Counted from the stretch's first letter, positions 43,179 to 54,724 are shown. The stretch is 64,000 nt of DNA from an uncultured Gammaproteobacteria bacterium (GCA_963778665.1 CAVZVG010000003.1:463766-527765), one strand, 5' to 3'. A program made the numbers and translations. The notes: generated from the sequence alone by a model not told the origin.

Positions 43179-43856
43179 ATGTCTGAACAGGTCTTTCAGG
43201 GTATCGAGTTGCTTCCCGAAGTCACATCGGCCAGACAGCTTTTCGTCTTGCTGCACGGCTTGGGTGCGACATCGTCCGATCTGTTGCCCTTGGCCGGGAA
43301 AATCCGCCTGGTCTTTCCCGATGCGGCGTTTTTGCTCCCTGACGGCATCTTCCCATTCGATGGCGGCGGTACTGGCCGACAATGGTTCTCGATCAACGGA
43401 ATGACGGATGAGAATCGGTCGGCACGCGTCGCCGAGGCCATGCCGGCACTGACTGCGCTGGTGCGGCAGGCGCAGGTGCGTTGCAATGTCCAGGCGGCGG
43501 CGACAGCACTGGTGGGTTTTTCCCAGGGCGCGATCATGGCCCTGGAATTCAGCGCACTGCATGATGGCGAGGTCGGCAGGGTATTGGCGTTTTCCGGGCG
43601 TTACGCACAGCTCCCGGACAAGGCTCCGGCGTGGACGACCCTGCACCTCCTGCATGGTGAGGAAGACACTGTCATTCCGGTCAGTCATGCGCATGCAGCG
43701 TATGAAAGACTCATGAGCCTGCAAGGCGATGTGACGCTGGATGTCGCATCGTCAGTCGGACACGAGCTCCATGACCAACTTGCCGAACGCGCCATCAATC
43801 GTCTGCAGACCTGTATTCCACTGCGCACCTGGAAGGAAGTCATGGATGACGCGTAA
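43179..43856 (+). CDS. Alpha/beta-hydrolase esterase (YpfH-like)
   Basis: LLHGLG, RQWFS, GFSQG nucleophile, HGEEDTVIP, GHE. Confidence 0.9.
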   Translation: MSEQVFQGIELLPEVTSARQLFVLLHGLGATSSDLLPLAGKIRLVFPDAAFLLPDGIFPFDGGGTGRQWFSINGMTDENRSARVAEAMPALTALVRQAQVRCNVQAAATALVGFSQGAIMALEFSALHDGEVGRVLAFSGRYAQLPDKAPAWTTLHLLHGEEDTVIPVSHAHAAYERLMSLQGDVTLDVASSVGHELHDQLAERAINRLQTCIPLRTWKEVMDDA

Positions 43857-43868
43857 CGCTGGACAGTC

Positions 43869-45470
43869 ATGAGCGCCATCAGCAAGCTTGTTGTTTCATC
43901 CGCTTCGCCGTGGGCGCCGTTGCGCCACAAGGTGTTCAGGGTGCTCTGGATTGCGTCGATCTTCTCGAACATCGGTTCCTGGATGCACGAGGTCGGCGCG
44001 GGTTGGCTCATGACATCGCTCTCACCCAGTCCTTTGATGGTGGCGCTGGTGCAGGCCGCCACCACGGCGCCGGTGTTTCTGCTGGCCTTGCCTGCCGGTG
44101 CACTCGCCGATATCGTCGATCGCCGGCGTTATCTGATCGCATCGCAACTCTGGATGATGATCACGGCCGCGCTGCTTGGCGTGCTGACGCTCATGGGATT
44201 GACGACCGCGCCGATCCTGCTGGTCTTTACCTTCGCGCTCGGCATCGGCACCGCGATGATGATGCCGGCATGGGGTGCGATTACGCCGGAACTGGTGCAG
44301 CGCGGCGAACTCCAGGCCGCCATCGGCTTGAACACCATGGGGATGAATGTCTCCCGGTCCATCGGTCCGGCGCTGGCCGGATTGATTGTGGCTACCGCCG
44401 GACCGGGAATGGTGTTCGTGTTGAATGCCATTTCGTTTCTCGCCGTCATTGCCGCGCTGAAGACCTGGCAGCGCCCGCCGCAGGCCACCGAGCTGCCCGC
44501 CGAAAGACTCTTCGGCGCACTCCGTACCGGACTGCGCTACGCGCGTCATTCACTGGAACTGCGCGCGGCGCTGACCCGTGGCGTTGCCTTCTTCGTGTTC
44601 GCCAGCGCCTCCTGGGCCTTGTTGCCACTGATCGTCAGACAGGAGTTGCACAGTGGTCCCGCTACGTATGGCGTGTTTCTGGCTTGCGTCGGTGTGGGAG
44701 CGATTGGCGGTGCGTTGTTGCTGCCGCATCTTCACACCCGTGCATCGCGCGATACGATAGTGGCAGGTGCCACCGTGCTGTACGCCTTTGCGATGCTGGC
44801 GCTGGCCTATAGCGGCAGTGTCTACGCGGCCGGTGCTGCGATGCTGATGACGGGATTTGCCTGGATCACCGTTGTCTCGTCGCTGATGACCGCAACCCAA
44901 ACCGCCCTGCCGAGCTGGGTACGGGCGCGTGGTCTGGCGCTGTTCTGGGTCGTCTTCATGGGTGGCATGGCGGCGGGTAGTACGTTGTGGGGGCAGGTTG
45001 CCACATGGGTTGGTATTCCTCATACGCTGACACTGGCCGCCGTCGGCGCCTTGGCCGGAATCGGCGCATCATGGCGCTACCGGATCGGACTGCACGACGC
45101 GAATGATCTGTCGCCGGCCATATACTGGCCGACGCCGATGCGGACCGATGACTTCGGTATCAATCGCGGGCCTGTCATGGTCACGGTCGAATACCGTATC
45201 GATGCGGAACGACTTCCCGAATTCACGAAAGTCATGCATGAGATGCGCAGGATCCGCCGTCGCGACGGCGCGTTCATGTGGGAACTGTTCAGCGATATCG
45301 AACGTCCGGACATCGTGGTGGAATGCTTCATGATCGAATCATGGCTTGAGCATTTGCGCCAGCATGAGCGCGTCACTGTTGCGGATCGTCATATCATCGA
45401 AACAACGCGGACCTTTCATCTCGGCAATGAACCGCCGAAGGTGACGCACCTGGTGGCCGGCTGGAATTAA
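43869..45470 (+). CDS. MFS transporter (MFS_3-type with C-terminal soluble domain)
   Basis: SNIGSWM, GALADIVDRRR, WVRARGLA, GPVMVTVEYRI, WLEHLRQHER. Confidence 0.92.
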   Translation: MSAISKLVVSSASPWAPLRHKVFRVLWIASIFSNIGSWMHEVGAGWLMTSLSPSPLMVALVQAATTAPVFLLALPAGALADIVDRRRYLIASQLWMMITAALLGVLTLMGLTTAPILLVFTFALGIGTAMMMPAWGAITPELVQRGELQAAIGLNTMGMNVSRSIGPALAGLIVATAGPGMVFVLNAISFLAVIAALKTWQRPPQATELPAERLFGALRTGLRYARHSLELRAALTRGVAFFVFASASWALLPLIVRQELHSGPATYGVFLACVGVGAIGGALLLPHLHTRASRDTIVAGATVLYAFAMLALAYSGSVYAAGAAMLMTGFAWITVVSSLMTATQTALPSWVRARGLALFWVVFMGGMAAGSTLWGQVATWVGIPHTLTLAAVGALAGIGASWRYRIGLHDANDLSPAIYWPTPMRTDDFGINRGPVMVTVEYRIDAERLPEFTKVMHEMRRIRRRDGAFMWELFSDIERPDIVVECFMIESWLEHLRQHERVTVADRHIIETTRTFHLGNEPPKVTHLVAGWN

Positions 45471-45552
45471 CCGTTCCTGCCGAAGGGCGATGTGATCGTT
45501 CCGGCAGGCTTATGCCTGTCTCAGGCGGTTGCGCGCGTGAGTGCCTAAGGGT

Positions 45553-46242
45553 TCAAGGCTTGTCTGTTTGTGTCGGCGTCACGTTGTGAAGCAGCGGTTC
45601 ACGCAGGCGCGCGAACTCGCGTGGTGCAACGTACTGCAGGATTTCCTTGCCCTTGCTGTCGAGCGTCAGGTCGAGCCCCTTGTCCGGGTAGAGGAAGTGC
45701 TCAAGCTGATCGCTGCTGCGCAGACGCTCCTGCGGAGTGCCGAATCGCTTGATTACCGTCTCCGCGTCGATGCTGGCCGCCGGTATGAAAGTAATGGAGG
45801 CGATCGGCGCGTGCCATGCCAGCGGCAGATCATCGGCATCGAGGATGTACTGGTAAGTGGTCGCATCCAGCTGTTTCCTGCGGATGGCCCGCGCGCGCAG
45901 CCCCGCCAGTGTCGGCTCGTCGAGCGCCGCGACCAGGATCATCTTGCCCATGATCACGCCGGCCGTGACACTGTTGAAATACACCTCGAGCGATCCGGCT
46001 TCGCCGCGCCCGGCGAGTATGCCGATTTCCAGATCGTCGCCGAAGCGCACGCGCGCATCGTCGAGGGTACTGTGCCCCAGTTCGAGACCGAACACCCGTG
46101 AATCGCCGTTCGCCATGGTTTCGATCTGCCAGGGCAGACCGTCGATGGGCGGTGCCGGAGTGCGGTCGCCGGAAGGACGGCGCAACAGGAAGGCGGCGAT
46201 AACAAGGACGGCTATGATCGCGACGGCCAGGAATTTTTTCAT
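45553..46242 (-). CDS. Hypothetical membrane-anchored periplasmic protein
   Basis: MKKFLAVAIIAVLVIAAFLL anchor; GLPWQI..SRVFGL.LG; HFLYPDKGL; function unknown. Confidence 0.7.
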   Translation of the reverse strand: MKKFLAVAIIAVLVIAAFLLRRPSGDRTPAPPIDGLPWQIETMANGDSRVFGLELGHSTLDDARVRFGDDLEIGILAGRGEAGSLEVYFNSVTAGVIMGKMILVAALDEPTLAGLRARAIRRKQLDATTYQYILDADDLPLAWHAPIASITFIPAASIDAETVIKRFGTPQERLRSSDQLEHFLYPDKGLDLTLDSKGKEILQYVAPREFARLREPLLHNVTPTQTDKP

Positions 46243-46463
46243 GCCGGGTTTACTCTTGAAGGTCGGAGACCGCTGCGCTACTGGCGAGTGATCATGGGCT
46301 TGCCTGCGTGCCGACACTCGATCGACCGGCACATTCTCGCCGGATTGTGCGTGATGGTACAACGTGCGATGAAATGGCTGACGCGGTGTCCCGAATGTCT
46401 CACTAGACCAATCAAAAAGGGCCGGTCATTACTGACGAGCCCTCGATGCTGAGCGGGATGAAT

Positions 46464-46540
46464 TGGTCGGGGTGAGAGGATTCGAACCTCCGGCCCCTGC
46501 CTCCCGAAGGCAGTGCTCTACCAGGCTGAGCTACACCCCG
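46464..46540 (-). tRNA. tRNA-Pro (anticodon CGG)
   Basis: Minus strand CGGGGTGTAGCTCAGCCTGGTAGAGCA-CTGCC-TTCGGGA-GGCAG-GGGCCGGAGGTTCGAATCCTCTCACCCCGACCA. Confidence 0.97.
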
Positions 46541-46544
46541 ATGT

Positions 46545-47537
46545 TCAGTAGTTGCGATTGACGGAGAAATCCGCCAGGGCGTACAGGGCATCTTTGTACT
46601 GGATGCCGGGGACGGATCCTTAGTAGCTGCTATGGCCTGATCGGCCTCCTGCCGCGCGGCCGCGCAGTGTACGCGATGGCGCCGGTGGATTCAATGGCGG
46701 CGTGCACGGCCGCGATGTTGTCATGCCCGCCGTTCTCGATGGCGGCGCGGATGAGCTGCGCTGCGTCCGGCGTGCCGATGCGCATGGCGCGTAGATGCAG
46801 TGGGCAGGGTGGGTTTGCCTTCGGCGAGGTCGTCGCCGATGTTTTTGCCGGTATCCTCGCGGTGAGGCGCTGTAATCCAGGACGTCGTCGATCAGCTGGA
46901 AGGCGATGCCCAGATGCATCCGTAGGTGGCCAGGGGCCTCGATTGCTTCGCGGCGGGTCGTTGCCAAGCACCGCACCCAATCTGCGCGGCGGCTTCGAAC
47001 AGCTTGGCGGTCTTGCGACTGGATCACTTCCATGTAGCGCTGCTTCGGTGGTGTCCGGCGTCGTGGCAGTTGAGCAACTGCAGCACCTCGCCCTCGGCGA
47101 TGGTGTTGGTGGTATGCGCCATGATTTCCATGACCCGCATGTCGTCGACGTCGACCATCATTTCAAAGGCGCGCGAATAGAGGAAATCGCCGACCAGCAC
47201 GCTGGCCTCGTTGCCCCACATGGCGTTGGCGGTCTCGTGGCCGCGGCGCAGAGTCGAGGCGTCGACGACATCATCATGCAGCAGCGTGGCGGTGTGGATG
47301 AATTCGACGACGGCGGCCAGGTCGATATGCTGGTTGCCGCTGGTAGCCGCAGGCGCGGGCGGCAAGCAGCACCAGCAGCGGGCGCAGGCGCTTGCCGCCG
47401 CTGTTGATGATGTAGTGTGCCGAGCTGGTTGATCAGGGCGACATCGGACTGTACAGACGTGCCTGGATCAAGCGTGTCGACGCGCGCTCATGTCCGCGGC
47501 GACAGGCGCGGACCGCGTCCAGGCCGTCGACGCTCAT
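46545..47537 (-). CDS. ispB: Octaprenyl diphosphate synthase (many frameshifts; boundaries approximate)
   Basis: EFIHTATLLHDDVVD..LRRG, VLVGDFLYSRAF, IAEGEVLQL, LGIAFQLIDDVLDY in different frames; divergent from rplU. Confidence 0.9.
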
Positions 47538-47677
47538 CGTCGACTGTTGGTCAGGAATGACTTCCTGCATACTGCTGCTCATGTTTATGGACCGGATTGG
47601 CCGCGTGACGTTCGTTCACAGACGCGACCGGCTAGTTTAACGCTCTTGAACGCAGCCTGCACCAGCGAGGTATTTGA

Positions 47678-47706
47678 TTGACCTTGAACAGGGCAATCAT
47701 TAAAAT
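47678..47706 (+). promoter_or_regulatory. Sigma-70 promoter of rplU-rpmA
   Basis: TTGACC-N17-TAAAAT followed by GCGCGGCC discriminator. Confidence 0.75.
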
Positions 47707-47754
47707 GCGCGGCCTTTTTCTGAAGGCTGATGTGATGCAGTTGGAGATTCCGAC

Positions 47755-48066
47755 ATGTACGCCGTGATAGAAACCGGTGGCAAGCAGTACCGGGTCTCCC
47801 AGGGAGATACCTTGAGGGTTGAAAAACTGAACGCCGAAGAGGGCGAGTCCGTCGAGTTCGACGGGTGCTGATGGTGGCCGATGGCGACGACATCAAGATC
47901 GGCGCGCCGTACCTGGACGGCAGCCAAGGTGACCGCCACGGTCAAGGCCATGGCCGTGCCGACAAGGTTGAAATCATCAAGTTCCGACGCCGCAAGCATC
48001 ACATGAAGCGCATGGGACATCGTCAGAGCTACACCGAAGTGGAAATCACGGGCATCGCGCCGATGA
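47755..48066 (+). CDS. rplU: 50S ribosomal protein L21 (frameshifted; end approximate)
   Basis: [14 protein letters not shown].. at 47755; [31 protein letters not shown] in another frame. Confidence 0.93.
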
Positions 48067-48086
48067 TCCGACGTCATAGAGGATAG

Positions 48087-48349
<263 letters not shown>

Positions 48350-48375
48350 CAGGCACCGACCCGCAAGGTCGTGAG

Positions 48376-48406
48376 AAGCCCCGTCTGGTACGGGGCTTTT
48401 TGTTTT
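48376..48406 (+). terminator. Intrinsic terminator after rpmA
   Basis: AAGCCCCGT-CTGGT-ACGGGGCTTTTTGTTTT. Confidence 0.8.
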
Positions 48407-48415
48407 AGGAGATGG

Positions 48416-49540
<1,125 letters not shown>

Positions 49541-49544
49541 CTAA

Positions 49545-49780
49545 GGAAACCCTGATTTATTACTTGAACCGCCAAGTACGCCAAGGACGCCAAGAAAATC
49601 TGTCTTGAAATTCAAGAGGAAATATCTTGGCGCTCTTGGCGGTTGACGGTTTATTCAGGCCTTCCCTAAGGAAGCTCTGTGATTAACTGTCATTCCAGTG
49701 AAAGCGGGAATCCGGGACTCCTGAAAAACTGGATGTCCGCCTTCGCGGGCATGACGGCTTTGCAATTAATCAGGGTTTCC
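49545..49780. mobile_element. Two tandem IS5-like MITEs (49545-49665 and 49670-49780) separated and flanked by CTAA/CTGA
   Basis: Termini GGAAACCCTGATTTA / rc GGAAGGCCTGAATAA and GGAAGCTCTG(TG)ATTAA / rc GGAAACCCTGATTAA; CTAA at 49541 and 49666, CTGA at 49781. Confidence 0.7.
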
Positions 49781-49796
49781 CTGATTCCGAATCAAC

Positions 49797-49825
49797 GCAG
49801 GGGCGGGTCTAAGACCCGCCCCTAC
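49797..49825. repeat. REP-like hairpin GCAGGGGCGGGTCTAAGACCCGCCCCTAC
   Basis: Near-perfect palindrome ending in CTAC (GTAG on the minus strand). Confidence 0.7.
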
Positions 49826-49947
49826 AGTTGTTTAAAGAAGTGGTGTTCGTACCGGCGCTTGAGATTCCTCGCTGTGTTGAAGGTGCGCGGGTTTTGTAGT
49901 CTACTCGCGGCCGTGTGCTGCGAAGAAGGCAGGCAGCAAGAACTTCC

Positions 49948-50027
49948 GCCGCAGAGGCGCAGAGGACGCAGAGAGTGAATAGATATAAAAACAGCGCTTG
50001 CCTCTGCGTCTTCTGCGCCTCTGCGGC
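49948..50027. repeat. CGCAGAG-type inverted repeat
   Basis: GCCGCAGAGGCGCAGAGGACGCAGAG ... CTCTGCGTCTTCTGCGCCTCTGCGGC. Confidence 0.8.
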
Positions 50028-50074
50028 CGGATCATTTTTGTAAGACATGCCAGGGTATTTGTAACCAGAACAAC

Positions 50075-51196
50075 ATGACACGAGAACTCTTGGGTAAATC
50101 CCGCCGCTGGATCGTCAAGATCGGCAGCGCGCTGCTGACCAACGACGGGCGCGGGCTCGATACCGAAGCCATCGGCGCCTGGGTGGAACAGATCGCTGCG
50201 CTGCGCCAGAGCGGTGTCGAGATCGTGCTGGTCTCGTCCGGCGCGGTTGCCGAAGGCATGTGCCGGCTGGGTTGGCGGAATCGTCCCTCGGCGCTCTACG
50301 AGTTGCAGGCCGCCGCCGCTGTCGGTCAGATGGGTCTGGTGCAGGCCTATGAATCCCGCTTTCAACGTTTCGGCCTGCACACGGCACAGGTGCTCCTGAC
50401 CCACGACGACCTCTCCAATCGCCAGCGTTATCTGAATGCGCGCAGTACCTTGCGTGCCATTCTTAAAATGGGCGTGATCCCGGTGGTCAACGAGAACGAT
50501 ACCGTTGCCTATGAAGAGATCCGTCTCGGCGACAACGATACCCTGGCCGCCATGGTGGCCAATCTGGTCGAGGCCAACCTGCTGGTGATTCTCACCGATC
50601 AGCAGGGCATGTACGTGAGCGACCCGCGCCAGGATGCCGATGCGAAGTTGTTGAGCGAAGTGCGCGCCGGCGATCCGCTGTTGGAAAAGATGGCCGGCGG
50701 CAGCAGCGGTGCGCTGGGCCGCGGCGGCATGCTCACCAAGGTGCGGGCGGCGGCACGTGCGGCCAAATCCGGCACCGCCACGCTGGTCGCTTCGGGGCGA
50801 CTGCCGGGTGTGCTGCAACGCATCGCCGCGGGTGATGACATCGGCACCTTGTTCACCCCGGGGCAGGGCGTGGTTGCGGCACGCAAGCAGTGGCTGGCCA
50901 GTCAACTGCAGGTGCGCGGCACGCTGCGTCTGGATGCGGGCGCGGTGCGGGTGCTGCGGGAATCAGGTCGCAGTCTGCTGGCGGTGGGCGTGACGGACGT
51001 GCAAGGTGAATTCAGTCGTGGCGAACTGGTGCTTTGTCTGGCACCCGACGGCCAGGAGATCGCGCGCGGGCTGGTCAATTACAACGCCACCGAGGCGCGT
51101 CGCATTCAAGGGCAGGCCAGTGACAGGATCGAGACCCTGCTCGGTTATGTCGACGAGCCGGAGTTGATACACCGGGATAACCTGGTGTTGCTGTAG
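50075..51196 (+). CDS. proB: Glutamate 5-kinase
   Basis: [40 protein letters not shown] domain ending HRDNLVLL. Confidence 0.98.
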   Translation: MTRELLGKSRRWIVKIGSALLTNDGRGLDTEAIGAWVEQIAALRQSGVEIVLVSSGAVAEGMCRLGWRNRPSALYELQAAAAVGQMGLVQAYESRFQRFGLHTAQVLLTHDDLSNRQRYLNARSTLRAILKMGVIPVVNENDTVAYEEIRLGDNDTLAAMVANLVEANLLVILTDQQGMYVSDPRQDADAKLLSEVRAGDPLLEKMAGGSSGALGRGGMLTKVRAAARAAKSGTATLVASGRLPGVLQRIAAGDDIGTLFTPGQGVVAARKQWLASQLQVRGTLRLDAGAVRVLRESGRSLLAVGVTDVQGEFSRGELVLCLAPDGQEIARGLVNYNATEARRIQGQASDRIETLLGYVDEPELIHRDNLVLL

Positions 51197-51273
51197 GTTG
51201 GGCTGAGGCGTTTTTTGCCGAAGCCCAACGGGTGCCACCTCCGTTGGGCTTCACTGCGCTCTGCCCAACCTAC
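51193..51273. repeat. GTAG-type REP doublet (GTAGGTTGGGC...GCCCAACCTAC) supplying the proB stop codon
   Basis: TAG stop at 51194-51196 is part of the GTAG terminus; inverted arms. Confidence 0.8.
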
Positions 51274-51294
51274 ATTGGCCAACAAATAAAGCCC

Positions 51295-51350
51295 GTAGCC
51301 TGGGTTGAGCGAAGCGAAACCCGGGTTTCGCTTCGCTCAACCCAGGCTAC
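51295..51350. repeat. REP family A, perfect 56-bp spacerless palindrome
   Basis: GTAGCCTGGGTTGAGCGAAGCGAAACCC|GGGTTTCGCTTCGCTCAACCCAGGCTAC. Confidence 0.92.
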
Positions 51351-51366
51351 GTGAAACCAAGGCAAC

Positions 51367-51396
51367 AAAAAAGCCGGTCACTTGACCGGCTTTTTT
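51367..51396. terminator. Bidirectional terminator between proB and rpsT
   Basis: AAAAAAGCCGGTCA-CT-TGACCGGCTTTTTT. Confidence 0.85.
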
Positions 51397-51413
51397 GCGG
51401 GTACTGTCCGGAC

Positions 51414-51689
51414 TCAGCCGGCGGCGCTGGCCATCGTGCGCAGATGCGCATTCAGGCGGCTCTTGTGCCGGGCGGCCTTGTTCTTGTGGATGTGGCCTTT
51501 GCGGGCCATGTGGTCGATGGTCGGCACGGCGATCTGGTAGGCGCTCTTGGCCTTGTCCTGGTCACCGGTGGCGATGGCTTTGACGACGTTCTTGATCGAG
51601 GTGCGCAGTTCGGTGCGCTGCCCGGTGTTCAGCTGACGGTGTTTCTCCGCCTGACGCGCGCGTTTTTTCGCTTGTGCGGTGTTGGCCAA
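51414..51689 (-). CDS. rpsT: 30S ribosomal protein S20
   Basis: MANTAQAKKRARQ..KGHIHKNKAARHKSRL; TTG start. Confidence 0.98.
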   Translation of the reverse strand: MANTAQAKKRARQAEKHRQLNTGQRTELRTSIKNVVKAIATGDQDKAKSAYQIAVPTIDHMARKGHIHKNKAARHKSRLNAHLRTMASAAG

Positions 51690-51727
51690 GGTAAAGCTCC
51701 TACAGGGCTGTTGATTCGAAGCCGTGC

Positions 51728-51756
51728 ATCATGCGGATTTTTACCCCGCATGTCAA
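51728..51756 (-). promoter_or_regulatory. Sigma-70 promoter of rpsT
   Basis: Minus strand TTGACA-N17-CATGAT followed by GCACGGC. Confidence 0.7.
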
Positions 51757-51941
51757 TGGAAACAGGCACTCAGGCCGCATCGGGACAGGCAATTCCTTAC
51801 CGGAGAAGGGCGCCAGCTTGGGCCTGGTGTCTACTGGCGGCCAATGACGCGCCCCTGTATGATCCATGCCTTACATGAACTTCAAGATATAATCGGCTGA
51901 ATAATCAGCTCATCTTGTCATCAGAAGGCGCGCGTTCCGGC

Positions 51942-53504
51942 ATGGCCACATTATTGCGATCCACCGCTGTCGTCGGTTCCATGACCCTTGTCTCGCGAAT
52001 TCTGGGCTTCGTGCGCGACATGCTTTTCGCCCGCCTGTTCGGTGCGGCGGCGGGCATGGATGCCTTCTTCGTCGCCTTCCGCATTCCCAATCTGCTGCGC
52101 CGCCTGTTCGCCGAAGGGGCGTTCTCACAGGCCTTCGTGCCGGTGCTGTCGGAGTACAAGACGCGTGGCGATGCCGTGGAGATGCGCCGCCTGGTCGATG
52201 ATGTTGCCGGCACCTTGGGCGGCATCCTGTTGCTGGTGACCGTGCTCGGCGTGCTCGGTGCGCCGCTGATCGTGATGCTGTTCGCGCCCGGGTTCCTGGC
52301 GCACGCCGAGAAGTTCGAAATCACGGTGTCGATGCTGCGCATCACCTTCCCGTATCTGCTGTTCATCTCGCTCACCGCGCTGGCCGGCGGGATATTGAAC
52401 AGCTTCGGACGTTTCGCAATACCGGCGTTCACGCCGGTGTTCCTGAATCTGTGCATGATCGGTGCGGCGCTGTGGGTGGCGCCGCAGACACCGCAGCCCA
52501 TCGTGTATCTGGCCTGGGGCGTGTTCGTCGCGGGAATGGTGCAGTTGCTGTTCCAGTTTCCGTATCTGCGGCAATTGCGCCTGCTGCCGCGGCCGCGCTG
52601 GGGTTGGCGCGATCCCGGTGTGAAACGCATTCTGCGTCTGATGCTGCCGGCCATCTTCGGCTCGTCGGTGGCGCAGATCAATCTGCTGGTCAATACCATA
52701 CTGGCCTCGTTCCTGGTCACGGGCAGCGTCACCTGGTTGTATTACACCGACCGCCTGGTGGAATTCCCGCTCGGTATTTTCGGCGTGGCGCTGGGGACGG
52801 TGATCCTGCCCGGGCTGTCGCAGAAGCATGCCGAGGCCAATCCCGGGGAGTTCTCGCGCATGCTCGACTGGGGCGTGCGCTGGGTACTGCTGATCGGTAT
52901 GCCGGCCTCGATCGGGCTGATGGCCTTGTCGGGCCCGCTGCTCGCCAGCCTGTTCGGCTACGGCGCATTCAACGCGCAGGACGTGAGCATGACTTCGCTC
53001 AGTGTCATCGCCTACAGTTCGGGTCTGCTGGCATTCATGCTCGTCAAGGTGCTGGCCCCCGGCTTTTACGCGCGCCAGGACACTGCTACGCCGGTACGCA
53101 TCGGCATCCTCGCCATGGTCAGCAATATGGTCTTGAATGTCGTGTTCGTGCTCGCCATGCGCTATTTCGACATGCCCGGTCAGCACGCCGGACTGGCGCT
53201 GGCCAATGCGCTGTCGGCCTATCTGAATGCCGGGCTGCTGTTCCACAAATTGCGCAAGAGCGGAATCTACCGGCCGCAGCCCGGCTGGGCCCGGCTGTTG
53301 CCGAAACTGCTGCTGGCCAATGGCGTGATGGGCGGGATGCTGCTGCTGTGGGCCGGCGATATCACGCAGTGGATGAACTGGCATGCACTGCAGCGGGCCT
53401 GGCATCTGGCGGCCTGGGTCGGTGCCGCCATCGCCGTGTATTTCGGCATGCTGCAACTGCTGGGTCTGCGCATGAGTCAATTGCGGGGGTTCGGCCGGGG
53501 TTGA
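51942..53504 (+). CDS. murJ: Lipid II flippase MurJ
   Basis: SRILGFVRD, FRIPNLLRRLFAEGAFSQAFVP, DRLVEFPLG, FYARQDT.TPV. Confidence 0.98.
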   Translation: MATLLRSTAVVGSMTLVSRILGFVRDMLFARLFGAAAGMDAFFVAFRIPNLLRRLFAEGAFSQAFVPVLSEYKTRGDAVEMRRLVDDVAGTLGGILLLVTVLGVLGAPLIVMLFAPGFLAHAEKFEITVSMLRITFPYLLFISLTALAGGILNSFGRFAIPAFTPVFLNLCMIGAALWVAPQTPQPIVYLAWGVFVAGMVQLLFQFPYLRQLRLLPRPRWGWRDPGVKRILRLMLPAIFGSSVAQINLLVNTILASFLVTGSVTWLYYTDRLVEFPLGIFGVALGTVILPGLSQKHAEANPGEFSRMLDWGVRWVLLIGMPASIGLMALSGPLLASLFGYGAFNAQDVSMTSLSVIAYSSGLLAFMLVKVLAPGFYARQDTATPVRIGILAMVSNMVLNVVFVLAMRYFDMPGQHAGLALANALSAYLNAGLLFHKLRKSGIYRPQPGWARLLPKLLLANGVMGGMLLLWAGDITQWMNWHALQRAWHLAAWVGAAIAVYFGMLQLLGLRMSQLRGFGRG

Positions 53505-53579
53505 GGTGCCGGCCGGTGAAAAGCCCGCCACATCCCGTATAATTACCGATCTTGCCATTCGATACTTGCCACTGACTCC

Positions 53580-54512
53580 ATGGAATTCATTCGCGGCCTC
53601 CACAACCTGCGCCCACGTCATCGGGGCTGTGTTGCGACCATCGGCAATTTCGACGGCATCCATCTCGGTCATCAGGCGGTGCTGGGTCAGTTGGCGGAGC
53701 AGGCGGATCGCTTGCAGCAACCGACCACGGTGATCATTTTCGAGCCGCAGCCGCAGGAATATTTCGCGCCCGATACGGCGCCGCCCAGGCTGACGCGTCT
53801 GCGCGAAAAGCTGCTGGCGCTGCGGCGCTACTCGGTGGACCGGGTGTTGTGCCTGCCGTTCGACAAGCGACTCGCGACCATGAGCGCCGAGGACTTCATC
53901 GAACGCATCCTGGTGCAGGGTCTGGGCGTGCGCTATCTGGTGGTCGGCGACGACTTCCGTTTCGGTCAGGGGCGCAAGGGTGATTTCGCGATGCTGCGCG
54001 CGGCGGGTCAGGCGCAGGATTTCGCCGTGGTGAACATGCACACTTTCAGTATCGACGGCGAGCGTGTCAGCAGCACGCGCTTGCGCGCCGCGCTCGCCGC
54101 CGGCGATCTCAACGTTGCCGAGAAACTGCTCGGTCGTCCGTACCGGATGTGCGGCCGGGTCGCGCACGGCGACAAGCGCGGCCGTTCGATCGGCTTTCCG
54201 ACGGCCAACATCCATCTGCACCGCCATGCCACGCCGGTGCAGGGTGTGTTCGCGGTGCAGTTGTTCGGCATCGACGGCGAACCGGTAGCGGGTGTGGCGA
54301 ACGTCGGTTCGCGCCCGACCGTGGACGGCACGCGCAGTCTGCTGGAAGTGCATCTGTTCGATTTCGATCGCGACATTTACGGTCGCTACGTGCATGTCGA
54401 TTTCCTGCACAAGCTGCGTGCCGAACAGCGCTTCGACTCGTTCGAGGTATTGAAGCAACAGATTCTGCGCGATGCCGAACAGGCGCGGGAATTTTTCCGG
54501 CAGCGGTGTTGA
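53580..54512 (+). CDS. ribF: Bifunctional riboflavin kinase/FAD synthetase
   Basis: IGNFDGIHLGH, VSSTRLR, GRSIGFPTAN, LEVHLFDF. Confidence 0.98.
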   Translation: MEFIRGLHNLRPRHRGCVATIGNFDGIHLGHQAVLGQLAEQADRLQQPTTVIIFEPQPQEYFAPDTAPPRLTRLREKLLALRRYSVDRVLCLPFDKRLATMSAEDFIERILVQGLGVRYLVVGDDFRFGQGRKGDFAMLRAAGQAQDFAVVNMHTFSIDGERVSSTRLRAALAAGDLNVAEKLLGRPYRMCGRVAHGDKRGRSIGFPTANIHLHRHATPVQGVFAVQLFGIDGEPVAGVANVGSRPTVDGTRSLLEVHLFDFDRDIYGRYVHVDFLHKLRAEQRFDSFEVLKQQILRDAEQAREFFRQRC

Positions 54513-54577
54513 GATGACTGTTTGCAATATTCTGTTATTACGTATGCCGCACAGCATGAAGCTGACGAAAGCCTGTG

Positions 54578-54678
54578 ACTCCCTCTCCCTGAGGGAGAGG
54601 GTTGGGTGAGGGGGTATATAACGGCTTCTATGCCATTGATACCCTCACCCTGGCCCTCTCCCGGAGGGAGAGGGGACT
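54578..54678. repeat. CCCTCTCCC..GGGAGAGGG doublet between ribF and ileS
   Basis: Same family as 5845-6021; a single arm also lies at about 57654-57690. Confidence 0.8.
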
Positions 54679-54724
54679 CTTATTCGTTAAGCGTGCCAAG
54701 AAATTATTTTTGATAGGATCCACA

